A stretch of 64,000 bases of DNA from Haliotis cracherodii (taxonomy: Eukaryota), in contig NW_027266343.1 in NCBI RefSeq assembly GCF_022045235.1, forward strand, positions 31,930,001 through 31,994,000. The letters are read 5' to 3'. The notes beneath the pieces were generated by a model, which was not told where the DNA came from, ran no database searches, and saw only the letters and a list, made by a program, of their open reading frames with translations. The translations under genes were made by a program, and so were the position numbers. Below are positions 27,425 to 37,227 of the stretch, in pieces (the stretch's first letter is position 1; each line of letters begins with the position of its first letter).

Positions 27425-29189
27425 AGTACAACGCTGTCGGGGAACGAACCATAGATCTTTCGCGCGCCCAGCTGGCGCGCTAGCCACGAGACCACACAAA
27501 ACCATCTTAGTGCGGCCACAATTTTGAATTGCAATGACACACTTGTTCTCCTGAAATATGACAACTTTGTTTTGGGGGGTTCAATCAAATCAAATTAAGC
27601 CCAATCAGATTAAACTTCTCTTTTCAGTGACGTGGTAATATGACCAGTCACCTGGTGCACTAGTCAATAGGGGGCTCGCCCATATCTGAGATGATTGTGG
27701 CTCGTGCATCTGAACACTGTTTGAAATAACGTTGTCTATACTTCAACAAGTCCAAGTCAGTCTCTCATAACATTCCCTTTGTCTTCTCAAATAGAAAATC
27801 AGTTTAACCAAGAACAATGACATTTGTAATCTATAATTAGTTTCAGAAATGTCAGATGCACCTAATGCTTTGGTCAATATGTAACATCGCATCATGATTG
27901 AAAATCGAGATGTTCTTCAAAACGAAATCATTCCAGCAACACTTCCCTGTGTAGTCTTGCTAATCCACACCAACAGAGGGATATGGAACGATGATAAAAA
28001 TTCCTTCATTATAACTTTCTGACATCAAACGCTACTGTCTCGCTGATAATTGTTCCGGAATCGTGCATCTTCCTCTCCCAACTGACGTAAAGGCGTTGTG
28101 TGGTGGGAGTTTCGACAGCTTCCCTGTCAAGCCTCTGTTTGATAGGGAGTACTCTGTGTTCAACGCGTGATGTGCGCGCGCATCAAGTAAGGACATCGTG
28201 TTTGATGATAGCAATAGATCTTGTTTTATATCTCTTGGATACGCAAATCAGTGTCTTTTGAAGGCTGCAAGCAAGCGCACAACCGTTATCAAACTGAATA
28301 CCGTGTGAATTTTCAAGGGCGGATAATCAGTTTCTCGGCTGATTAGCCACAGAAGCTATTCAGAAGTGCTTCAGACGGAACTACAGGGACGTCGCGCTTG
28401 GGATTATGGGAGGCGCGGGTCTCCCTGACCCAAATAGTTCCACTTTGCCGATATTTTTAGACAACATTGGCATTTAGAAACTTCTGGAGAATCATAAAGA
28501 ATGAAATGAATAAAAGAAAGGATATCGTCTAAATTTCAATCGTGAAGACGGTCTCACCCATAATGCATCGGGTAGGATGCATCCGCCATTTCTCTCTGAA
28601 ATATGAAATGTTGTTTATCTAGAAGAAATACAGTTGCTCTCTTGTCATCACGGAAGCTGGTGCGGGCCAGATGAGGATCAATGGTCCAGTTTGACAGCCC
28701 TCCTCTGCGTTTTACATAGATCACGTTGAATGTAAATCATGAATATATTATTTCATATCAAGTCGTTGTGGAAAATAACACTACCTCGTTTATTACAGAC
28801 ATCGAGCGCCTTGAATCAATTCTCATTTAAAAGTAAGTTGATGCCCACGTGCCGGGCTCCCCTTTCAAGACCCATCAAGGATTTTCGGATGCCAACAGTT
28901 AATTGCATGTAACAAGAAATATTGCTACATAACGTTTCTTCAACAGGGTTTAACTCAATTGTAGAACTACCTCCTACACACATGCCTTGTCTGTCAAGGG
29001 CCAGCTGTTCCTACTTTGTGGTGAAGAAATCAAAGACTACGCCGAAACAATATAATCTCCAATCAATCATTGTCTCCTCTAATACTTGCCTGTGCATGTA
29101 TCGGGATATAAATTGGATGTTTTTAAATGAACGTCTGTCTTCATCGCACTATAGACCGAAAAGCTGTCTGCATACTTATGGATGCAAAC

Positions 29190-29850
29190 AATAATTCAAC
29201 AAGAAAACACTCGCCAAGGAATTGCTGGGAATTGCCTTATAATTAAGCAGTATAAAATCCTTTAACGACAATATGAAGAATGTTCAAACAATTCCTCATT
29301 GACATCAATATAACTGAGTCATGCGTCCCTTTGTTGCCAGGGTCAAATGGTCTTTGGTTCGAGTCCAGATTCCACCCAATTATGGCTCTTGGTTTCGTCG
29401 GCACCATACCCGTGCTTGTTAGTTTCAAAGTGGTAAATGTCTAAGAATATGAAGAATGTTCAAACAGTTCCTCATTGACATCGATATAACTGAGTGGGCG
29501 GCATGTATAATCCCACATATGCGTCAATTGTTGGCAGCTTCCAATGGTCGCGATTTCGGGTCCAGATTCGACCCAGTTATGACCCTTGGTTTTGTCAGCA
29601 CCATATTCGTGCTTGTTAGTTTCAAAGTGGTAAATGTCTAAGAATATGACGAATGTTCAAACAATTTCTTATTGACATCAATATATTTCATATATTGCAT
29701 ATGTGGGCAACATGCATAATCCAAATATGGATGCTTGTTACTTACCAAAGTGGTTAAGAGCTGCTTAACTTCTCTTCGGGCGTTCCACCTATATTAAGTC
29801 GAACCTCCTTAAGTCTAAAATATTCCTAGAAGTGGAGTCAATCCATACAA
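29190..29850 (+). repeat. SINE-derived tandem repeat (~176-196 bp unit) in L copy 5
   Basis: AATATGA(A/C)GAATGTTCAAAC at 29270, 29446, 29642; each unit contains the SINE core TCAGCACCATACCCGTGC...AAGTGGTAAA. Confidence 0.8.
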
Positions 29851-29870
29851 TTCAATCTTACCCCCGAGAA

Positions 29871-30364
29871 CAAGCTCCTCACAGCGATATCCCGTTTGCG
29901 GTGCTCTCTATACTATCGCTGCCACCAGTCAAAACACTCCACAGTGATAGATGACCAAAACCATGCTTGGAGTTGAACTCGCAGCGGATTGACGGTTATG
30001 TTTACAAACAAGTGACGACTGTCGTGACGCCGAATACATTAACCCCTGCTAAATTTCTTCTCGTTTGTCAATTTGAATTACTATTTCATTAAAACTATCA
30101 TGTACATGTAACTGATAAAGTAAGAATGTAAGGGGAGTTGGTTGATTTTCCGTTCGTCTGCAATCTCGAACCAATTTGATCATACAAACAACAAAGTAAA
30201 TTCACCTGGTCAGTCGCAAACCTTTTCAAAATGAACAAAAGTATGAACGTGACTACATGTGGGGTTAGAGGGCAAATTTCAATAATCTTGTAATGGCCGC
30301 GCCCACACTGGTGGCAGCGATGTCACGAGTGTAACGAAGGTGTCACGCGCTGGGAAGGAGCTTG
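29871..30364. mobile_element. Non-autonomous TIR DNA transposon (hAT/MULE-like)
   Basis: TIR CAAGCTCCT...AGGAGCTTG, subterminal inverted ATCGCTGCCACCAGT/ACTGGTGGCAGCGAT, flanking duplication CCCCGAGA(A/T); empty site in other copies. Confidence 0.8.
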
Positions 30365-31175
30365 CCCCGAGATGTTATCAAAGCAATAAATAATAATCCA
30401 TAAATGGTCTAAATGCACAGTTTGACGAACATGTTAGACTAATGCTTTGTCCCTGAAAATATATAGTTTTGATGGAAACAAGCAACTACAATTATTAATT
30501 TGAAAATGAGCCCCAGTGAGATGGGAGATTCGAAACCTGAACCTGATGAAAAACCAAGACCTGCTTCATATAGGGCTATTACATCACCATAAGGGCTGGG
30601 CGCAAGGGAAGATGATATGTCTCGGAGACTGTACGACAGACTTACGAAGACGTAGTGCCTTGTTTGAATTCTAAGGCACTTTTACCCATAACTTTTGCGC
30701 ATTGAAGCTTCCTTCGTCACCCGACTTTCCAACGGCAATGTTCAAGATCCAGTATTTTTCGTGCATTCTTTCTCCTGGATCCTCATCATTTTGCACGTAG
30801 TTGTGACGTGATGACCTTATGTGTACATATTTACACAGGGAGCTGATCACCCGCAGATAGACCCAGGTCATCATTACCTTGCGCTACGTAACATATGTAA
30901 CGATATACAAACATATTAACGATGCAACAACCGGGATATACACTGCTGGACTAAAGAAAGAATGCATCCATGTTTGATGGTGTCTAAAAATGAAATAAGC
31001 AGTAAATGATTATTCGATGGTGATGTATTTAATACAGGTATGAGAGACGATGTGGGTGTAGGTTTGCTGTGTTTCTGCCCATTTTGATAACGTTTGTATC
31101 TGTTGCTCCAATCCAATTTCCAAGCGTGCACATACTTTTGCCCTGAATTTTGGGGTCAGTTTTCTTGAAGATATA

Positions 31176-31449
31176 GACCCGTATAGATCCGGGGTAGAAT
31201 AGGTCTTCAGCAGCCCATGCTTGCCGTGAAAGGCGACTGTGCTTGTGGTAAGAGGCGACTCGCGTGATCGGGTCGTCAGGGTCGCTGATTTGGTTGATGC
31301 ATGTCATCGATCCCAATTGCGTGGATCGATGCTCATGATATCAATCACTGGATTGTCTGGTCCAGACTCGATTATTTACAGACCGCCGCCATATACATGT
31401 AGCTGGAATATTGCTGGATGCGGCGTTAAATAAAAAACAACCAACCCAA
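31176..31449 (+). mobile_element. SINE type B, near full length, inserted in the MTase region of copy 5
   Basis: GACCCGTATAGATCCGGGGTAGAATAGG...GTAAGAGGCGACT...GCTGGAATATTGCTG...CAACCAACC. Confidence 0.88.
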
Positions 31450-31554
31450 ATCTTCCATATATATGCTGGTATGTCAAGGAAAGAACGTATACGTTGTAAT
31501 ATGTTACATGGGAAATGATTATTTATTTGGGCCTATACGGAGATCCATGCAGCG

Positions 31555-32345
31555 GTTCATAGAGTTTAAAGTTTAGGATGGGCCTCCACAGAAGGAGGCC
31601 GAAGAAGCGGACAGGCCATAATGAAGTAATCAATGGCTATTTGATTGATTTACGCGGAGAGGTATTTCCTAGTTGCTTCCATTCCCATCAAAAGCTACTG
31701 AGTTGTTGGGGGGTCTTCAGAGCTTGTGATTGGATTTGAAGCTAATTTGATCACTGATAGCATTTTGAATACGCGCAAGGATTGTCGCTTTCTTACAAGT
31801 CCTGATAAAAACATTTACTTAAAGCTGGTGATTTCATTTTATGGGACACCCTAACGTTTAACCCACTTATTCCAACAAGATTTAGACGCTGCACACTGCT
31901 AACTAGATTTAGATGAGTTTTATTACAGACGGTGCCTGACAGCAATGCATGATGGGAGGGGGATTGGTGGAGATGTGGCCGTGGTCGCGACGTCGTTGCT
32001 CAGCATACAAAGGGGACGGAACGATAAAATTACAGAGCCCAGAAATAAAATTAGTACGCTGTTTAGGAAAGTCTGAGAAAATATGACTGTAGTAATTTAG
32101 TGTTAAGACACCTTTGTGGCCCCAAATCGGCTAAGCCTTTAATTGATAAAGGGAAAGGGACGAGGCTAGCGCTGTTTTATTATATTCTCGTGGGGCGGTT
32201 TCTAAACCCGCCGCGATAGAGAATAGGCATTAGTCACACGTATATGTCTGGTCTAGTGCAATAAAATACACGAATCATGACATGCATGCTAAAATATACA
32301 CCCCGGACGTGAGACGTCTTTTTATTTTGTCCGAACTCGTCAATT
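31555..32345 (+). pseudogene. N-terminal L fragment (conserved regions I-II), single copy
   Basis: FHFMGHPNV (GHP 31844-31852), MWP ~44 codons later, and TPDVRRLFILSE (~32300-32335) resembling rhabdovirus LREYFVITE. Confidence 0.55.
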
Positions 32346-33094
32346 GCAATATGACCTTGCCCATTACGTCGGTGAATGGGGAAACTCTGACTAAATGGAA
32401 AGGAATAAAGCACTGTGTTAGTCGGTGAAATGGGGCTATTATGTGTATATTTTATATAGAATATGTACATTTAGAGGGCAATTGGTCAGGGTTTGAGAAG
32501 AATTATGTGTCTGGTCTGTTTGTGGTGGCCGTTAGCTTTCATGCCTAAAATACCATTAATAATGATTAATTTGTAAAATGGTCACCTATTCCGTTAAGAC
32601 TATCTTGTTATTGATATTGCAAAGACGCACAGGGATCAACTCGTCTAAGGTGCCGCATTGTGTTGTGTACAGTTGTGTCACGTAGCCGTGCCAGAATTGG
32701 ACGTCGTACGAATCATTCATTTGACAAATTAAGCCAGACTCTTTTTTTAAATTTGGTTAACCAATCCGCAGACTACCAAATATTCAATGTGTAAAATGAA
32801 ACGCAGTTGGTTTTATTATTCCGCCGACCAGAAATAAACAAAATCTATTTGAAACCCTCTCATTTACTGTCACTATAAATGTAAATATATTATTTAAAGT
32901 ACTAGCATTAAAAACTGTCGAAATTTATCAAACAAACTTAAAAACCCAACGAATCATAACGAATCCCTATTCCTCCCAATGTTTGCATCCCTACATACTT
33001 ACCATTAAAGACAAAAACAAACATTTTGTGGAAATATAAAAATAGATTTGAAATCAGAACCAGATCTGGACTTTGAAGTCAATATTCCGCAAGC

Positions 33095-33095
33095 A

Positions 33096-33134
<39 letters not shown>

Positions 33135-33152
33135 GCTACCACTACTACTACT
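33095..33152. repeat. (CTA)n microsatellite
   Basis: Near-perfect trinucleotide run. Confidence 0.97.
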
Positions 33153-34089
33153 CCATTTTTTTGGAAAGACAATCATGTTCAAGTTAAACGATTAATGTGA
33201 AATGTGTTAGGAAAGTGACAAAGCCACTGACATAAGGCTTCTGACGATTTTGAACAATATCAAAATTACTGAATTTTTGTTACAGGATCTATATAAAAAA
33301 GAACAATAACTTTAAGATTATAAAGATTATCTCCTTATCATTCCTCAGTTAGTAAGGGTATGACCACTACCCGCCACACAGATAACTCACCGGGCTATCT
33401 GACAGAGTTAACCTCTTTGGTCATGTGGACAAGGCGTCCGACGTCGGACCAAAACGTCCATAGTTCGAATCTCATCAGGGTGTCGGAAAGATGATGGCCG
33501 CTATACGTCCATTCACATACTGACTGTATGCCAATGACAGCTTTACCCAGTAAATATTTATCTGACAAAGACGTCATCTCATCAGCCAGAGTGGGACCTC
33601 TGACTCCAAACCTGCTAGTTGGGACAGTGCTACCGTTTTGTCCACCTATAAAAGTGCCAATTCCTATTAGCAGAACTTTGAAAATTTGTTTTGTCATAAG
33701 TAACACTGAAATTGTATCAACGTGTGAAAGGACATTTATGAAAATGGTGTTATGAAGCCAACTTCCAAATGTTCCGACGTAAGTGACGGTGAGCTAATTG
33801 ACACGCTCGAAGCTGCACATATGACTCGAAACAGTCCAGGTTTAGTGTGCCTAGAACGGGCGAAGAAGAGAAATTACTTTCATTGGAAATGGGTATGAAA
33901 AGGTATATACTATATCTTCCAGTGGTCAGAATGTGCTCGGATCTGAGCAGAGATTGTGTAGTTTTGAGTAACAAAATGACCTTCTATCTACAGGCTCTGT
34001 GCTGGTCCTTATACAGAGGGGCCTTGGGATGGTATATCTTTAAGACAGATAACTTTATTACCAAGCAAAAACCACTGTGTAACAAAGAA

Positions 34090-35360
34090 TGAGGGGCTTT
34101 CAATAAGTTTTGCAACTTGGGCATTTGTGTTAACACAAACAATGTCAACTTGTGGCAGGTTTGACACTAGTCATAACATCAGGTTGACACGTGTCATAAC
34201 AAGTTCCAGACACAACAATAAGTTAGATGTGATGGCTTCATTCACCTTAGAGTGGTCACAATCATGGATTCTCTCAAACATGAACAACACGCTGTAATAA
34301 AATTCCTTACCAAGGAGGGATGCAAAAGAAATCCATGATCGCATATGTAAAGTGATGGGTAAGGATGCTCCTGACTATTCCACAGTTTGCCGATGGTCCC
34401 TACAGTTTAAAAGTGGCAGGGAGTCCATAAACGATCACCAGGGTCAGGCAGGCCTTCAGATGCCACCCAACCGGAAACCATTGCTGCTATAGAAAGAAGA
34501 ATTTTGTCTGACCGACGAGTGAAAGTATCTGAACTTTCTAGGGAAAATATCAGTTGGAACTGTTGGAACCATTATTCATGAGCATCTTGAAGGTATCCAA
34601 GGTATCTGCAAGATGGGTACCTAGAAACCTCAGAGTTCAAGATTGCCATCAGAGAACTGAAAGTTGTCGATACCTCCTGGATCTCTATACTGCCGATGAA
34701 GCCGGATTTCTTTCTCGTCTAGTGACAGGTGATGAAACATGGATCCACCACTGGGACCCAGAAACTAAATTGGAATCCATGCAATGGAAAACCCCCAGTT
34801 CTCCGCCTCCGAGGACGTTTCGCGCTCAATCATCGGCTGGCAAGGTAATGGCCACCATATGTTGGGATGCAAGAAGCATATTACTGATTGATTACACGCC
34901 ACCAAAACCTACAATCAATGGACAGTATTATGCCAATGTAATGAAAGAATTGCGAAAATCTATTCGCCAGAAACCCTGTTGGATGTTAACATGTGGTATT
35001 CTACTTTTGCATCTCAAGTCGAGAATTGCACAGACCACCATATGTGAATGTGGATTCGAACAGTTAAATCACCCATCCTACAGCCCAGACTTAGCCCCCA
35101 GTGACTATTTCCTGTTCCGGCAAATGAAATCTGACCTACGTGGAAGACGCTTCCAGGATAACGAGGACATAAAGGCTGCCACAGAGGCGTGGTTGGAGGG
35201 CCAATCTGCGGATTTCTATAAAAATGGTATTAAAAGCTTGAAGGACAAATGGAATAAGTGTAATGAGGTGAATGGAGATTATATTGAAAAATAAAAGTGC
35301 AAAAAATATTCTGCGACTTGGTCTTTTCTTGAATTTGCAAAACTTATTGAACGCCCCTCG
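34090..35360 (+). mobile_element. Full-length mariner (DD34D) DNA transposon, inactive
   Basis: 26-bp TIRs TGAGGGGCTTTCAATAAGTTTTGCAA / TTGCAAAACTTATTGAACGCCCCTCG; 1.27 kb. Confidence 0.95.
34264..35294 (+). pseudogene. Mariner transposase pseudogene
   Basis: MDSLKHEQHAVIKFL start, then frameshifts. WVPR, TGDETW and HPSYSPDLAPSDYFLF present; the HDNA segment (second catalytic Asp) is deleted. Confidence 0.93.
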
Positions 35361-35374
35361 AAGCCAACAAAAGA

Positions 35375-35965
35375 ACTTGTACAATGTCGTAGAAACTGGG
35401 GTAATCGCCGATGGTCTTCAGTATTGTTTTCAGAATCCAGGTTCACTTGGGACTTTCCAGATATGCGTGGACTTGTCTGGTAGCGCCCTAGCGAACGTCA
35501 AGCGAACGTCTCCGTAAGGCAACATGACAGACTTCGGTGGGTCTGTAATGACTATGACTGCCACAGCGCCACTGCACATTGCCCATGGAAGGGTCACTTC
35601 ACAATACTACCGAGGCAACATACTCCCGTACACGTTGTGTGCGCGCCATGTTGGTCCACGTTTTGTCTTTGAAACCGACAACGCTTGTGCCTACCGTTCA
35701 CGTATCATAACTGACTACCTCCAGTAACATGACTCCACCAGTAACTAATGGCCAGCCATGAGTCCTGACCCTTTCACCTCATAGCGCAGGTCCGGGACAT
35801 TATCGGAAGATGCGTACTCCGATGTCAACGTTTGCTGAACTGGACCAAGGGCTACAAGATGAGTGGACATGATAACTTAAAATTGTCATTGGCAGATTGA
35901 TTCGGACCATGCCATGTCGTATACACGAATGTTTGACCTATCGTGGGGCCATGACCCATTATTGA
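35375..35965 (+). mobile_element. Tc1-family transposase fragment (decayed)
   Basis: WSSVLFS-ESRF, FGGSVM, FVFETDNACAYRSR and WPAMSPD motifs across frameshifts. Confidence 0.85.
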
Positions 35966-37227
35966 TCAAGTCATCTCAAACGTTCATTTTTGACAACTCA
36001 CCCTGTCGTCTTTCTCGGTTGTTTGCACGCTTACACAACACCTTTCACCATTGCTGAGTGTCATGACACGCCTAGTCCCCCCTTTCCCTTATCCACCCAT
36101 GACCATCACTCGATAATTATTAACAAACGTATTTTCAAATATCCCTCACGTTCTGTGAGAGTAATTTTATTTCTTATTATGTAAGCGCAATTACCTATAA
36201 TCTTGAAAGCGATGTTGCCGCCGTTTCACTTCACCCCGCCTCCAGACACTCTGTACTGTTTCATCATCTGCCATCAGTTGCACCTGTATGCACTGTACCA
36301 TTGTTATACACTGATGGCTCTTTTTCCCAGTGAAAAGTGAAAGCGTTTACCAAATTAAAAAATAGGCGCCTGCCTTGAATAGACGCCGGGTGTAGGACCA
36401 TCTCTGAAATACATAGACGCCCTGGCGTCTATTCAAGTGTTACGACATGTATATCAAGAACATTCCGAAACAACTGGCTTGACTGGATACTACACAAGCC
36501 AATCATTGCGTTCGTCTACTGTTTGCCGTCTTCACCAGGCGGGGCAACATTAATTCCATCCTCGAATAGACGCATGCCTTGACTACAGAGTTGGTCCAAA
36601 TCTCTAAACATTGGTCCTCCTTCAGGCGCTCAATAATGTAATATGAAACGAAAGGCTTAATCATACAAAATGCAAACCACGCTCGTTTTGTTCAAATTAC
36701 ACGTTCCATACCGAATTAAAAAATGGACGCCTGCTTTGAATAGACGCCGGGTGTAGGATCGTGTAGGATTCACGTTTTTACGACATGGAGAGTGACTGGC
36801 TGTAGACCTATGCTTGTATGTCGCTTCACGCATACTGCAGATTCTCAGAAGAAAGCTGTCAGCACTGTCATTTAAGGAAATACAAGCATCACCGAGGTGC
36901 CTACCAAAGACGTTAGTAGTGGAGTGGCTCTGGACACAGAGAGAACACTTGGTCGTCTAAAGCGTCGCAATTAGCTGTGCAGAGTTGCGTCCCTTGGACA
37001 CACCTGTTCGCCCCAATTATGTTTCTAGGTTTGTCAGCATCATGCCTTGCTTATGGGTGTCAACGCCCGAGACCTGACACTTCGGGCTTTTCTTCCAAGC
37101 CTTGACAAGCCTTGATATTATTGAAATCCTGTCCAAAGCGGCTCACTCACTCCAGACTGAACATCACAATCAACGTAAATTTGTATTTAACTAAAATGTA
37201 TTCATTTAGTAAATAAATGTGTTAATG

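Larger units (their letters stand above)
1..31550 (+). repeat. Tandem array 1: five diverged copies of an EVE-containing unit
   Basis: The same blocks recur in order, e.g. CTTGCAAGCGCATAACCGTTATCAAA-like at ~620, 7790, 15682, 22062, 28270. Copies differ by indels and TE insertions. Confidence 0.97.
27570..31550 (+). pseudogene. L-derived EVE copy 5 (ends within MTase)
   Basis: Motif A-like CLYFNKS (~27733-27753) lies 102 codons before ADN (28042-28050). GxxT-site remnant ~30616-30630 and HR-site remnant ~30838-30853 are about 76 codons apart (VSV G1154-H1227 = 73). Confidence 0.8.

Noticed and set aside
27670-28445. - strand YLGQGDP (motif C-like) and TIISDM (MTase-like)
   Set aside because: Isolated and wrongly spaced; the + strand carries a full collinear motif series.
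29190-29850. CRISPR-like regularly spaced repeats
   Set aside because: The whole ~180-195 bp unit repeats, with no unique spacers and no cas genes; eukaryotic SINE-derived.
34554-35294. 246-aa ORF as a functional transposase or SETMAR-like gene
   Set aside because: N-terminus frameshifted and catalytic HDNA segment deleted; bounded by TIRs.
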